Below are positions 17,053 through 27,654 of a DNA stretch of 64,000 nt, one piece after another. This DNA is from a candidate division WWE3 bacterium RIFCSPHIGHO2_01_FULL_42_13 (GTDB taxonomy: Bacteria; Patescibacteriota; WWE3; UBA101185; UBA10185): contig MEVA01000006.1 of the NCBI GenBank assembly GCA_001772625.1, positions 27,839 to 91,838 of the forward strand. Reading direction: 5' to 3'. The position numbers and the translations under genes were made by a program. Under the pieces are notes generated by a model, which searched no databases, was not told the origin of the DNA, and worked only from the letters and a program-made list of their open reading frames with translations. Each line of letters opens with the position of its first letter. The first letter of the stretch is position 1.

Positions 17053-19713
17053 CTATTCTTCATCTTCCCCTAAGTCCATACCCTCTTCAATCTTGGCAAC
17101 GGAAGCAACCTTATCTCTTTCACCAAGTTTTATTAATCTAACACCTAAAGTGTCGCGCCCAAGTTTTGGCACTTCTCTTGCCCCAAGTCTTATAACCTGC
17201 CCCGAAGTTGTGCTAATTAACATGTCGGCTTCGGCGCCAGCGCGCTGAATACGGGCGTTTACTAGGTTTCCACTCTTGGCACTTACCTTGTATGTTTTGA
17301 TGCCCGATCCTCCCCGCCCCTGCAATTTATACTCATCAACCGTGGTTTTTTTGCCGTAACCTTTTTCGCTAACAACCAACAAGAAATCTTTTTCGTCGCC
17401 TTTTGGCAAAACTACCATTCCTACAACGTAGTCGTCTTTCTTTTTCACTTTTATACCGGTGACTCCTGAAGCAACCCTTCCCATTGGGCGCGCGTCTTTT
17501 TCGGAAAATCTTATTGACTGCCCTTCTGAAGTTACCATCATGATGTCATCGTTGCCGGATGAAAGTCTTACATAAACTAAGGCATCATCGTCGGCTAAGC
17601 GGATTGCCGTAATTCCTGAAGTTCGAATATTTGCGTAATCAGAAAGTGAGGTTTTTTTAACGCGGCCTTTTTCAGTTCCAAACACTACAAAACCTTTACC
17701 TTCTTCTAATGTCGCGGCATCGAGTGTTAAGAAAGCCTGGATTGTTTCAGTTTGACCAATGTTCAAAAAGTTTACTAACGCCGCGCCCTTTGCCCGCCTG
17801 CTGCTTTCAGGAATTTCCCAGATCCTCATCTTATAAACCCTACCCTTGTTGGTGAAGAAAAAGGCGTAGTCATGGCTGTTGCAGGTCTTAATGTTTGTTA
17901 CCACATCCTCTTCTCTTAGTTCCTGGCCTTTAACTCCTTTGCCTCCCCTGCCCTGCTTTTTGTAAGTGTCGGTTTTGAGACGTTTTATGTATCCACTTTG
18001 TGAGATGGTAATAATGCATTGTTCGTCTGCTACCAAATCTTCATCGGAAAGTTCGCCAACCTTGCCTTTAATAACTTTGGTTCGTCTTTCGTCGCCGTAT
18101 TGTTTTTTAAGATCAACAAGCTCATCTTTGACAATTTTTATGATCCTTTCGGGCGAGAAAAGAATAGCCTCAAAGTCATCAATTGTGGCTAAAATTTCTT
18201 TTAACTCATCTTCTATCTTTTGTCTTTCCAAAGCAGCCAGTCTTCGAAGCTGCATATCCAAAATTGCTTGAGCCTGGATTGAGGTTAGTTTGAATTTTTT
18301 AATTAATCTTTCTTTGGCTTGGTCCGCGTCTGGTGATTTTTTAATAGTTTCAATAACCTCGTCTATGTTATCAATAGCAATTTTTAAACCTTGCAGAATA
18401 TGTTCGCGGGCTTTAGCCCTTTTGAGTAAGAAAATTGTTCTATTAACTATTACGCGCTGTCGGTGCTTGACGAACTCTTCAAGGATCATCTTCAAAGTCA
18501 TAAGCTTTGGCTCGCCGTCAAGAAGGGCAACCATATTGGCGTTAAAGGCCTCTTGTAGTTGGGTGTGTTTATAAAGCTGGTTTTGAACCTTTTGGGGCAA
18601 GGCGTCTTTTTTAAGCTCAATTACAATTCGCATGCCTTCGCGGTTTGACTCGTCGCGCAAATCAGAAATACCCACAATTTTCTTGTTTTTCTCAAGACTG
18701 GCTATCTTTTCCACAAGAGTTGCTTTATTAACCTGGTATGGGATTTCAGTAACAACAATTTTCATTCTGCCGCTTTTATCTTCCTCAAAGTTCATTTTGG
18801 CTCGTGTTACTACCCTACCCTTTCCTGTTGCATACATTTGAGCAATTTCTTTATGATCGTAAATTATTCCACCGGTTGGAAAGTCCGGGCCTTGAATATG
18901 TTTTATTAAATCCTCAACATTTGCGGAAGATGAAAAGTCAGTTTTGGCAATTTTTAATTCGAATTTTCCTTCGTCTGTTTCAAAAGCGTTAAACTCCTGC
19001 GCTGGGTCATTTTTGCCTGGCTTTTCGCCTATTTTTTCGGCCTTTTCGATCAAAAGATTAATGCCGTCTATAACCTCGCCCAAATTGTGTGGAGGAATGT
19101 TTGTGGCCATACCAACGGCAATTCCCGAGGCTCCGTTTAGCAAAATGTTTGGTAAAACTGAGGGCAAAAAGTTTGGTTCCATGTTTTGCAGGTCATTCAT
19201 TTCAAATGGAACCGTTTCTTTTTCTATGTCTTTGTAAAGCTCTTCTGAAAGTTTTTGAAGTTTAGCTTCGGTGTATCGCATTGCGGCAGGTGGGTGACCG
19301 TCAACCGATCCAAAGTTTCCCTGTCCGTGAATTAGTGTGTATCTTAACGAAAAGTCCTGTGCCATTCGAACCATGGCATCATATACGGATACGTCTCCGT
19401 GAGGGTGATACTTTTTCAAAACTTCACCAACTACCGCGGCACTTTTCTGAAACTTGCCAGTAGCCACGTAACCCTGATCCTGCATTGCGTAAATGATTCG
19501 GCGCTGAACCGGTTTTAGGCCATCTCGGACGTCTGGAAGGGCTCGGGATACGATAACTGACATCGCGTAGTCTAAGTACGCTCGTTGCATTTCGGTTGTT
19601 ATTGAGGCGTTTGATACCCGTAAACTTGTGGTGTTTTGAGGCTGATCCGATGCTGTTAGTGCCTCATCGCCGGTTGTATTAGGTGTGTTTTTTGGGGTTT
19701 TCTTCTTCGCCAT
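17053..19713 (-). CDS. gyrA: DNA gyrase subunit A
   Basis: [61 protein letters not shown]-terminal beta-pinwheel repeats. Confidence 0.97.
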   Translation of the reverse strand: MAKKKTPKNTPNTTGDEALTASDQPQNTTSLRVSNASITTEMQRAYLDYAMSVIVSRALPDVRDGLKPVQRRIIYAMQDQGYVATGKFQKSAAVVGEVLKKYHPHGDVSVYDAMVRMAQDFSLRYTLIHGQGNFGSVDGHPPAAMRYTEAKLQKLSEELYKDIEKETVPFEMNDLQNMEPNFLPSVLPNILLNGASGIAVGMATNIPPHNLGEVIDGINLLIEKAEKIGEKPGKNDPAQEFNAFETDEGKFELKIAKTDFSSSANVEDLIKHIQGPDFPTGGIIYDHKEIAQMYATGKGRVVTRAKMNFEEDKSGRMKIVVTEIPYQVNKATLVEKIASLEKNKKIVGISDLRDESNREGMRIVIELKKDALPQKVQNQLYKHTQLQEAFNANMVALLDGEPKLMTLKMILEEFVKHRQRVIVNRTIFLLKRAKAREHILQGLKIAIDNIDEVIETIKKSPDADQAKERLIKKFKLTSIQAQAILDMQLRRLAALERQKIEDELKEILATIDDFEAILFSPERIIKIVKDELVDLKKQYGDERRTKVIKGKVGELSDEDLVADEQCIITISQSGYIKRLKTDTYKKQGRGGKGVKGQELREEDVVTNIKTCNSHDYAFFFTNKGRVYKMRIWEIPESSRRAKGAALVNFLNIGQTETIQAFLTLDAATLEEGKGFVVFGTEKGRVKKTSLSDYANIRTSGITAIRLADDDALVYVRLSSGNDDIMMVTSEGQSIRFSEKDARPMGRVASGVTGIKVKKKDDYVVGMVVLPKGDEKDFLLVVSEKGYGKKTTVDEYKLQGRGGSGIKTYKVSAKSGNLVNARIQRAGAEADMLISTTSGQVIRLGAREVPKLGRDTLGVRLIKLGERDKVASVAKIEEGMDLGEDEE

Positions 19714-19785
19714 AACCTGTTAATAATACCAATTTTGGAGGAGTGAATCAATCATTTTTTGGCTTTATGGCCTACTTTTTGACGT

Positions 19786-19822
19786 TTTTAGAAAAACGCC
19801 ACAATCTCCCCCGTGGCGTTTT
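19786..19822. terminator. Hairpin terminator downstream of the 97-aa minus-strand gene
   Basis: AACGCCAC (19795-19802) / GTGGCGTT (19813-19820), flanked by T-runs on both strands. Confidence 0.55.
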
Positions 19823-19849
19823 CTGTTTTAAGTTAACTTACTGCACTTG

Positions 19850-20143
19850 CTAAGCCAAAGCTCCCGTTTGTACTCTGCTTATATCCAACAGCCGCTCAAA
19901 GAGGGCAACAACGTCTTGAGGTACAAGCTTGTGAGGTTCCCTTTCCCACTCCCCGCTTCCATTACGGCTTTCGTAGAAGATAACCCTGTTTTCCGAGAAA
20001 CAACCGCTTCCACGAAATTCACAATAATACAAACGGTATGTAGCGCGGAAAACCTTCCCGCTTTTCTGCTCTATCTCTTCCGTTGTTCTGCTTCCGCCCA
20101 CGTTGATGGTGTGGTTTTGACATCTTGGACATATCGCAAGCAT
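19850..20143 (-). CDS. Small zinc-ribbon-like hypothetical protein
   Basis: CPRC...CEFRGSGC cysteine pairs. GGGAGGAAG SD upstream and a terminator downstream. The plus-strand overlapping ORF is judged spurious. Confidence 0.5.
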   Translation of the reverse strand: MLAICPRCQNHTINVGGSRTTEEIEQKSGKVFRATYRLYYCEFRGSGCFSENRVIFYESRNGSGEWEREPHKLVPQDVVALFERLLDISRVQTGALA

Positions 20144-20189
20144 TGTCTTCCTCCCGGGAACAGGATAGTGATTTAAATTACAGCAGGAT

Positions 20190-21128
20190 TTATAATAGCG
20201 TTTTTTCTATAGCCGGCGCAACATCTTTCTTTCGCGATATTTTAGGTCCAATATCAGCAACGTTGTCTATCCCATGTGTTATAAAAGCCTTTTCAACAAC
20301 TTCTTTTTCGGCTTCGTTTGTGTAGATAATCCATGAATTTATAGCCAAAATATCTGTAACCATGATAAACCCAAGGGTCGCGCCCACCTCTTTTTTTACC
20401 GAATCAAGGGCTTGAACAAGTTCGTTTTTCATTCCCAAAACTTTTTTTGACTCGACTGTTTCAACCTGATTTATGAGAACTTTTGTTGTTCCAAAATCAA
20501 ATACCTTAAAGTCTTTCTTAGCTATCTCACGCGCAGTTAAACCACTAATGTCCGATTTTGCCCTAAAGATTTCAAACGTGAGTTTTTCTATACTTTCATT
20601 TATTTTCTTGGAGATTTTTTGGGCAATTTCTCTGTCTAGGCCAGTTGTAGTGCTTGACTTTAAGCCCACCGTATCGGAAAGAATTCCAGCCAGTGCTAAA
20701 GCGGATGTTTGATACGATGCCTCAAGGTTGTACATATAGAAATGATCGTATATGACTGTGCTGGTTGACCCAACCGGTTTTACGTCAACCCTTATAGGTG
20801 TTGAAAAGTTTAAGTTGACCCTGTGGTGATCGATAATTTCTAAAATTTTATCGTCCACGATTTTTTCGTGTCTTTGTGTTTGTTCGTGGTGATCAACCAA
20901 GACGAAGAAATCATCCGGTCCGATTGTAAATTCATCCAGAAGCTTTGGGAGCTCAACATTGAACTTTTTAAAAATTGTTTTAGTTTCAATATTTGGCTCC
21001 CCCGCTCTTACCGGGATTATTTCCGATCCCCCGTACCTTTTTAGTTCCAAAAGAAACTCTGTGTATTCCACAGCTGCAGCTATAGCGTCTAGATCAGGCG
21101 AAACATGTCCGATTACGAAAATTCTCAT
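20190..21128 (-). CDS. ppaC: DHH-family phosphoesterase, probably family II (Mn-dependent) inorganic pyrophosphatase
   Basis: MRIFVIGHVSPDLDAIAAA, VLVDHHE, and about 310 aa in length. Confidence 0.7.
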   Translation of the reverse strand: MRIFVIGHVSPDLDAIAAAVEYTEFLLELKRYGGSEIIPVRAGEPNIETKTIFKKFNVELPKLLDEFTIGPDDFFVLVDHHEQTQRHEKIVDDKILEIIDHHRVNLNFSTPIRVDVKPVGSTSTVIYDHFYMYNLEASYQTSALALAGILSDTVGLKSSTTTGLDREIAQKISKKINESIEKLTFEIFRAKSDISGLTAREIAKKDFKVFDFGTTKVLINQVETVESKKVLGMKNELVQALDSVKKEVGATLGFIMVTDILAINSWIIYTNEAEKEVVEKAFITHGIDNVADIGPKISRKKDVAPAIEKTLL

Positions 21129-21203
21129 TACTAAAGTTTAGCATAATGGTTAGATAGAGCCCGTTGCGTTCCTATAGTATAACCTGTAAGAAAAGGAGAA
21201 ATT

Positions 21204-21878
21204 ATGCCAAAACCATTAGGTTTTAAAGAGTTCATGAGTCAAGGTGAGCACCTCCGTGAAATTGACGGCGATAACAGTGCTGCAATGGAGTCCTTTGAGC
21301 TGGCCTACCACTTGGCCGAGACGCCAGTTCAAAAGGGCCAGGCGCAAGCTCAGATCGGGCTGACCCATTGGCACGCGCAGAATTACGAGGAGGCAACCCA
21401 AACCTTTCTCGATCTGCTTAGTTTTGGTGAGGAAAACGATGAGCCGAATTGTATAGCTCTTGCTCACCGAAACCTTTCCCGCTCCGATCTTTCTTGGGAG
21501 CCGACAGATCAACTTAGCCACGCACGGATGGCGTACGAGTATGCTGTGAAGGCCAGGCGCTCGGATCGGGTGTGGTTTGCGCACGGAGCGTTTAATTCCT
21601 GCCTCAGCAATAATCTTCTTGGTGGAGAGGCTGCGCACTGGCTTGAAGTTCAAGAAAAGGAATTAAGGCGGATTCGTGAGGGTGAGGTTGAGGTCGACAA
21701 CAGCAATAACGTTGTTGAGATCTGGGAAACAGGTTATCTTATGGATCGTGCGGCTTTGGAAAATTCGCGCGCCCCGTTGGAAAGGGCCTTGGAAATTGCT
21801 AAAGCCCACAACTTGGTGAAGCGCGTTGAACAACTTGAGGCCCTACTTGCGGCCTTTGATCAACCGGCCCAGGCCTAA
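21204..21878 (+). CDS. Hypothetical protein (TPR-like helical repeats)
   Basis: 224-aa ORF with an AAGGAGA SD. Visibly G+C-rich. Confidence 0.5.
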   Translation: MPKPLGFKEFMSQGEHLREIDGDNSAAMESFELAYHLAETPVQKGQAQAQIGLTHWHAQNYEEATQTFLDLLSFGEENDEPNCIALAHRNLSRSDLSWEPTDQLSHARMAYEYAVKARRSDRVWFAHGAFNSCLSNNLLGGEAAHWLEVQEKELRRIREGEVEVDNSNNVVEIWETGYLMDRAALENSRAPLERALEIAKAHNLVKRVEQLEALLAAFDQPAQA

Positions 21879-21896
21879 TCGCAGAAAAGATGAGAA

Positions 21897-22673
21897 TTAA
21901 CTCAAATGAGATGACATTAATGTCATCTCATTTTTGTTTCGATGTATAAGTTCCAAAACCTCTTCTCCATTCTTTGGCCTACCTTCCGATCCTAAAAGCC
22001 ACAAAGCCTTATCAAAGGTAAGCCAGCTAACTTTGGCGTCGCGGCAGGCTTTACTCCATACCTCTTTTACTGTTCTAATGTTCACCGAACTCATTTTATC
22101 GCTCTCAACAAAGCCCATTAAGCAAGCAATTCTCACATCCCAAACATCAACCGGCGGTAAAATTTCTTCAACATCGGAAAATTTATAATCAAAAGTATTT
22201 ATCATTGTTCGAACAAAAAAGTTTCCAATCTTTGGCCCAAAACCTCTAAATTCCCCCACTCTTTTTAATACTTCACTTGCGCTTTTGCTTTTTAAAAAAA
22301 TATTTTGCGGGTCGCTATTGTAATCGTCGTTTAATAACTGTGAATTTTTTCTGAACCTACGAACTGCTTCGTTTATATATCTTGGCCTAAAGTATTCGGT
22401 AAGATACTTTTCAAGTTTTTTCTGCGGAAGACTAAGAATGTAGGTGGGTTTAAAGAAGTTTCTTTCAGATTCAAACAACCGTTTTGCCCCGTCATAAAGC
22501 CTTTGAGAGCGGGTCGCGTAATCAAGCTGGATGACGTAAAAAAGGTAAAGAGATTTTTCTTTGCCCGAGGCGTTGTGCGGGATTAAATCTTCAGCATTTA
22601 CCTTGTTTTTGAAAATTCCAATGTCATTTTCATAGGCCAAGGTTACTGCTTTTACGAATTCTGCGGGAGTCAT
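21897..22673 (-). CDS. HhH-GPD/EndoIII-like hypothetical protein
   Basis: FRGFGPKIGNFFVR (helix-hairpin-helix-like) followed by PPVDVWDVRIACLMGF, which resembles PVDTHVxRV of EndoIII. TGCTAACAT sits 6 nt upstream of the ATG. Confidence 0.4.
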   Translation of the reverse strand: MTPAEFVKAVTLAYENDIGIFKNKVNAEDLIPHNASGKEKSLYLFYVIQLDYATRSQRLYDGAKRLFESERNFFKPTYILSLPQKKLEKYLTEYFRPRYINEAVRRFRKNSQLLNDDYNSDPQNIFLKSKSASEVLKRVGEFRGFGPKIGNFFVRTMINTFDYKFSDVEEILPPVDVWDVRIACLMGFVESDKMSSVNIRTVKEVWSKACRDAKVSWLTFDKALWLLGSEGRPKNGEEVLELIHRNKNEMTLMSSHLS

Positions 22674-22689
22674 GAAAGTATGTTAGCAC

Positions 22690-24675
22690 TTAGGCAATAT
22701 CAATATTTGCCTGCTTTGCGTGTGTTTGGATGAATTTTCTCCTGGGTGGAACCTCATCGCCCATTAAGGTTGTAAAGACTTCATCAGCAAAGCCTGCATC
22801 TTCTACGGTAATTTGCTTTAGTTTTCGCGTTTCGGGGTTCATGGTTGTTTCCCAGAGCTCTTCGGCATTCATTTCACCCAAACCTTTAAATCTTTGGATG
22901 ATAACGTTTTTACCTTCTGGTGTTTTTAGGAAAGCTTCTCTTTCGCCATCGTCAAACAGATATTTTTTACTTTTGCCCCAGGTGGCTTTGTACAAAGGCG
23001 GAACGGCAAGGTAAACGTGTCCTCCGTCAATTAAGCCTGGCATATGGCGGAAGAAGAACGTTAGATTTAGGGTCATAATGTGTGAGCCGTCAACATCAGC
23101 ATCAGACATAAGAATTAACTTTCCATATCTTAAGCGCGCAATTTCAAACTGCTCCCCGATTCCGGTTCCGATTGCAATTATTAAGTCTCTAAACTTTTGA
23201 CTTTCAACAACTTTGTCTAATCGAGCACGTTCTGTGTTCAATACCTTACCGAAGACCGGCAGAATGGCCTGGATTTTTCTGTCTCTTGCGGCAATTGCTG
23301 AACCTCCCGCTGAATCTCCCTCAACAATGTAAAGTTCGGTATCTTCTCTAACTTTGCTTGCACAATCAGCCAGTTTTCCAGGTAAGACTCCCCCGCCCTC
23401 TAAGGCACTTTTTCTAATGACCGTTTCTCTAGCAGCCTTTGCGGCAACTCTTGCTTTCATGGCAAGCAGGTTTTTCTCAATTACTGCCTGAGCATCTCGT
23501 GGGTTTTCTTCAAAAAAAGCTTCTAACCCATCTTTAACAACCGTTTCAACGGCAGGTCTTACGCTTGAATTTCCAAGTTTGGCCTTAGTCTGGCCTTCAA
23601 ATTGTATGTCTTCGGAGTTTAAATAAACAGAAATTACCGCGGTTAATCCTTCACGTAAATCTTCGCCAGACAAGTTCGCATCCTTTTCTTTAAGCCACTC
23701 TTTTTTGCGCCCGTAATCGTTAATTGCCTTGGTTAAAGCTGTCCTAAAGCCCGTCAAATGAGTTCCTCCCTCAATATTTTTTAAGTGGTTTGCAAAAGCT
23801 ACAACATTTTCCACAAATGAATCGTTGTACTGCATCGCAACTTCCACCATAACTCCGTCAATTTCTCTCGAAGCATAAAACACTTCGTGCAAAGGCTTTT
23901 TATTTTTGTTTAGCGCCTTAAGATAAGTTTTAATCCCACCCTCAAAGTAATAGTTGTAATGGCTACCGTCGTGTTCATCAACAAGTTCAAACCTAATACC
24001 TTTAGTCAAAAAGGCGTATTCCTTAAGCTGGCGAAGGAAAAACGGTGATTTAAAATCTAAGGTTTCAAAAGTTTTGGTGCTGGGCATAAATTGAACAATT
24101 GTACCGGTGTCGTAATCCCAACTCTCTAAATCTATTCCCCATTCCGCGCCTTTAATTTGGCTTTTTGGCTTTTCGGAATTAAGATCCGCAAGTTTATGAA
24201 TTACATCCGCACCTTTTTCATATTCCTGAATTTTAATTTCTTTTTTTGGTTTATTTAAAACAACAACCCTACACCAGTCAGACAAAGCGTTCACAACCGA
24301 AGCGCCCACACCGTGAAGACCGCTTGAGACCTTATACCCCGCCCCACCGAACTTTCCACCTGCATGCAAGCGTGTAAAGGCAAGTTCAAGTGCCGAAACG
24401 TTATAACCCTTTTTGATTCCATATGGAATTCCCCGCCCATTATCGTAAACCACAACAGAATTATCTTTTCTAAACTCAACACGCACATGGTTTGCATACC
24501 CTGCAATTGCCTCGTCCATTGAGTTATTAACAATTTCGGTAACAAGGTGCTGTAAACCTCGAAGATCGGTTGAGCCAATGTACATTCCCGGACGCTTTCT
24601 AACCGGGTCAAGCCCTTCCAAAACCTGTATATCTTCCGCTGTGTAACTGCTGATTTTGTCTATTGCTGTAGCCAT
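22690..24675 (-). CDS. gyrB: DNA gyrase subunit B
   Basis: GLHHLV-like LQHLVTEIVNNSMDEA. GLHGVGASVVNALS. EGDSAGGSA. PLxGK. Confidence 0.97.
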   Translation of the reverse strand: MATAIDKISSYTAEDIQVLEGLDPVRKRPGMYIGSTDLRGLQHLVTEIVNNSMDEAIAGYANHVRVEFRKDNSVVVYDNGRGIPYGIKKGYNVSALELAFTRLHAGGKFGGAGYKVSSGLHGVGASVVNALSDWCRVVVLNKPKKEIKIQEYEKGADVIHKLADLNSEKPKSQIKGAEWGIDLESWDYDTGTIVQFMPSTKTFETLDFKSPFFLRQLKEYAFLTKGIRFELVDEHDGSHYNYYFEGGIKTYLKALNKNKKPLHEVFYASREIDGVMVEVAMQYNDSFVENVVAFANHLKNIEGGTHLTGFRTALTKAINDYGRKKEWLKEKDANLSGEDLREGLTAVISVYLNSEDIQFEGQTKAKLGNSSVRPAVETVVKDGLEAFFEENPRDAQAVIEKNLLAMKARVAAKAARETVIRKSALEGGGVLPGKLADCASKVREDTELYIVEGDSAGGSAIAARDRKIQAILPVFGKVLNTERARLDKVVESQKFRDLIIAIGTGIGEQFEIARLRYGKLILMSDADVDGSHIMTLNLTFFFRHMPGLIDGGHVYLAVPPLYKATWGKSKKYLFDDGEREAFLKTPEGKNVIIQRFKGLGEMNAEELWETTMNPETRKLKQITVEDAGFADEVFTTLMGDEVPPRRKFIQTHAKQANIDIA

Positions 24676-24807
24676 AACTAAGTAATTTTATCTTAATTTG
24701 TGTAAGATTTCTACGGCCTATAGCTTGATTTTTTGTGGAGATGGGGTAAAATTACGGTCGAAGAATTTTCAAATCGGCGAAGTTCCCAATCCCCTAAAGA
24801 GGAGCAG

Positions 24808-25038
24808 ATGATGAACAAGCTAAAGATTAACGCACTAGTCGCCCAGATTTTAACCTCGCCGGCTTTTGCGAACAGGATCTTGGGTACGGCTGAAATGAGA
24901 AGAGCCGCTATAGCAGAAATGAACTGGGATGAGACGGAAGAAGCAGCAACTATTGCTGCCCTTCTTAACATTCATGCTAACAACGTAGACACGTTCATAG
25001 CTGCTTGCGACGGTCTCATTGAGCAACCTGTCCCTTGA
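24808..25038 (+). CDS. Small helical hypothetical protein (76 aa)
   Basis: AAAGAGGAG SD upstream of ATGATG. ORF is open from 24733. Hairpin downstream at 25069-25098. Confidence 0.5.
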   Translation: MMNKLKINALVAQILTSPAFANRILGTAEMRRAAIAEMNWDETEEAATIAALLNIHANNVDTFIAACDGLIEQPVP

Positions 25039-25096
25039 AGCATTAGTAAAATAGTAGAAATGATAGGAAGAGCCAGCCGCTACTTAAGGTCTGGCT

Positions 25097-25762
25097 CTAT
25101 CTAATCTTTAACATCAAAAACTCAAGTGCGAGTTTCAAAGACACATTAGTTTTTTCCAAATCTTTTTTCACATTTAAAATTATTTCAATGTTCTTCCCGT
25201 TTGTTAAGTTTAGATTTTCTCGAAGTTCACTTACCCACTCTTCCATCGTTTGAATAACCACCCCACGTTCCTCTTTTGAGTATTCAGCTGCCCAATCTAA
25301 ACGCTCGCCAATGGACATTTTTAGTATGGCGCTTGCTTCGGCTAGGTCTATTTCATCTATCACTGCTTCCTTATCGCCCCCACTCTCGTCAACCCTTACA
25401 CGCCTACACCTCGAAACCACCGTCGCCAGCAAAGAGTTTTCGGTTTTCACGTTCAAAATAATAGTTGCGTAAGAAGGAGGCTCCTCCAAAGTTTTAAGCA
25501 ATGCATTTTGAGCCTGCACCGTAAGCAACTCCGCCTTGTTCACAATCACAACCTTGTGTTTATGTGAAAAAGGTCTTTCCTGTAAAAACTTCGTCGACTC
25601 TCTTGCCTGCGCAATTCCAATACTCTGTTTTCCCTCTTCCGGATTTACAATATGCAAGTCGGGATTATTTTCGCTCTCCTTCATCTCAAGTTTTTCAAGC
25701 ATTTTGCGAACATGGCTGGTGCGACTTTTTTCTGTTGTTCCGTAAATAAGGATTGAACTCAT
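25097..25762 (-). CDS. holB: DNA polymerase III delta-prime-like clamp-loader subunit (short)
   Basis: KVVIVNKAELLTVQAQNALLKTLEEPPSYATIIL. TGTATAAT sits 10 nt upstream of the ATG. Confidence 0.7.
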   Translation of the reverse strand: MSSILIYGTTEKSRTSHVRKMLEKLEMKESENNPDLHIVNPEEGKQSIGIAQARESTKFLQERPFSHKHKVVIVNKAELLTVQAQNALLKTLEEPPSYATIILNVKTENSLLATVVSRCRRVRVDESGGDKEAVIDEIDLAEASAILKMSIGERLDWAAEYSKEERGVVIQTMEEWVSELRENLNLTNGKNIEIILNVKKDLEKTNVSLKLALEFLMLKIR

Positions 25763-25826
25763 GGCTATCTGGATTATACATGAGTGCCAACTCCCCTCTT
25801 TCTTGTTGCCCCCGCCTCCTGTTCCC

Positions 25827-25861
25827 TGTTATCATTAGTTTGTAAGGATCGCCTTACAAAC
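25827..25861 (+). promoter_or_regulatory. pilB promoter (TGTTATCAT) followed by a perfect 10-bp inverted repeat
   Basis: TGTTATCAT at 25827-25835. GTTTGTAAGG (25838-25847) / CCTTACAAAC (25852-25861). ATG at 25867. Confidence 0.4.
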
Positions 25862-25866
25862 TGCTC

Positions 25867-27642
25867 ATGGCTATCTTAACTAAAAACAAAGGAATCGAAG
25901 ACGTTTTGTTTGAAAAGAAACTTTTAACCTCAGATCAAGTTTCTGCCATTAATCTTGAACACTTAAACACCGGCAAATCCATCGACCAAATAATTAAAGA
26001 GCGAAATTTTGTTAGCAACAACGACTACATCAAGGCGTTTGGCGAAGTGTACGGAATTGAATACATGCCGCTTGAAGGTCGTATAATTGACCCTAAACTT
26101 TCAGAGCTTGTTTCTCACAACCTTGCTCAAAAATATAACGCGGCTCCTTTTGCTCTCGACGAGGTTTCAAAAGTTATATCCGTCGCAATGGTTGACCCAC
26201 TTGATTTGCAAACAATTGAGTTTATAGAAAGAAAAACCGGGTACAAAGTAAAGCCATACATCTCATCTCTTGCAGAAATAGAGGCGGTCAACGAACAGCA
26301 AAGCGGAAAAGCAATTGGCGAAGAAATAAGCGCGGCTTTGGAAGAAATTTCGGCGACAACCCTAAAGATTGAAGAAAACCAGGGAGACTTAACCGCCGAC
26401 GAAGCAACACTTCGTGATGCGCCAATTGCCCGAATCGTGGGAATGATTTTGGAGACAGCGGTAAAAACCGGCGCCTCTGACGTTCATATTGAACCAGAGG
26501 AAACTAAAACCCGCCTGCGATACCGGGTTGACGGAGTTTTGGAAGAAAAAAGAACACTGCCCCGCGAAATGCACGACTCGCTCGTTGCCCGTATAAAAAT
26601 TCTGGCGAGCATGAAAATTGACGAAAAAAGATTACCTCAAGACGGAAGATTTAAAGTTGAAGTTGGCAAAACCAAAACCGACCTTCGTGTGTCTACTCTG
26701 CCAACAGTTTACGGTGAAAAAGTTGTGATCCGTTTGCTTAAAGAAGAAGGTTCGGTTTTTTCATTTAGAGATTTAGGCATTCGCGGACTTTCTCTGTCGC
26801 GACTTGAAGAAGCAATCATTAAACCTGTTGGAATGGTTTTAGTTACAGGGCCAACTGGCTCTGGTAAAACGGTAACGCTTGCTTCAGCTTTGAGCAAACT
26901 TAATACTACTAAAGTAAATATCGTAACCATTGAAGACCCAGTTGAAATTAGGATTCCCGGCGTAAATCAAGTTCAAGTGAATCCTCAAGCGGGCTTAACC
27001 TTTGCCACAGGCTTAAGATCTTTCTTGCGACAAGATCCAAATATTATAATGGTTGGAGAAATTAGAGACGGCGAAACGGCAGAGCTGGCAATTCACGCGG
27101 CACTCACCGGTCACTTGGTGCTTTCGACTTTGCACACAAACTCAGCCGGCGGATCAATCCCAAGACTTTTGGATATGGGGGTTGAAAACTTCCTACTCGC
27201 CTCAACCCTAAACGCAGTTCTTGCGCAAAGACTTGTTCGAAAAATCTGCGTAGATTGTAAGGAAGAATATTCTCCGCCTCCGGAAATCGTCGATGATATA
27301 AGAAGGATTGTTGGCAAAATCCAGCACTCACAGATTTTAATGAGTAAAGATAAAACAATAGTCGACGCGGTAAAACTAGGTCAAGGAGAAAACCTAAAGG
27401 TGTTTCGGGGCAAGGGGTGCGAAAAGTGCGGCGGAACAGGATACCGGGGCAGAACCGGTATTTTCGAGGTTATGATTATGAGCGATAAAATTCAGACACT
27501 GACGCTTGGGCGTTCGTCAGAGTCGCAAATACAAACGGCGGCTGTTGAGGATGGTATGCTAACTTTAGATCAGGACGGGTACTTGAAGGTGTTGGAAGGA
27601 ATAACTACCATTGAAGAAGTATTAAGGGTTTCTAAGGGATGA
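25867..27642 (+). CDS. pilB: Type IV pilus assembly ATPase PilB (GspE family)
   Basis: N-terminal T2SSE_N-like domain. Walker A GPTGSGKT. Asp/His boxes. Tetracysteine CVDC...CEKCGGTGYRGR. Confidence 0.9.
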   Translation: MAILTKNKGIEDVLFEKKLLTSDQVSAINLEHLNTGKSIDQIIKERNFVSNNDYIKAFGEVYGIEYMPLEGRIIDPKLSELVSHNLAQKYNAAPFALDEVSKVISVAMVDPLDLQTIEFIERKTGYKVKPYISSLAEIEAVNEQQSGKAIGEEISAALEEISATTLKIEENQGDLTADEATLRDAPIARIVGMILETAVKTGASDVHIEPEETKTRLRYRVDGVLEEKRTLPREMHDSLVARIKILASMKIDEKRLPQDGRFKVEVGKTKTDLRVSTLPTVYGEKVVIRLLKEEGSVFSFRDLGIRGLSLSRLEEAIIKPVGMVLVTGPTGSGKTVTLASALSKLNTTKVNIVTIEDPVEIRIPGVNQVQVNPQAGLTFATGLRSFLRQDPNIIMVGEIRDGETAELAIHAALTGHLVLSTLHTNSAGGSIPRLLDMGVENFLLASTLNAVLAQRLVRKICVDCKEEYSPPPEIVDDIRRIVGKIQHSQILMSKDKTIVDAVKLGQGENLKVFRGKGCEKCGGTGYRGRTGIFEVMIMSDKIQTLTLGRSSESQIQTAAVEDGMLTLDQDGYLKVLEGITTIEEVLRVSKG

Positions 27643-27654
27643 GAAAGTAATAAC

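Noticed and set aside
17015-19463. Numerous 60-100-aa plus-strand ORFs inside gyrA, with similar sets inside gyrB, recG, tyrS, pilB and the Cys-rich gene.
   Set aside because: All are antisense to long genes with unambiguous family motifs. They are typical shadow ORFs.
19847-20176. A 109-aa plus-strand ORF overlapping the 97-aa minus-strand ORF.
   Set aside because: The minus-strand frame has a GGGAGGAAG SD, zinc-ribbon-like Cys pairs and a downstream terminator in the correct orientation. The plus frame has none of these.
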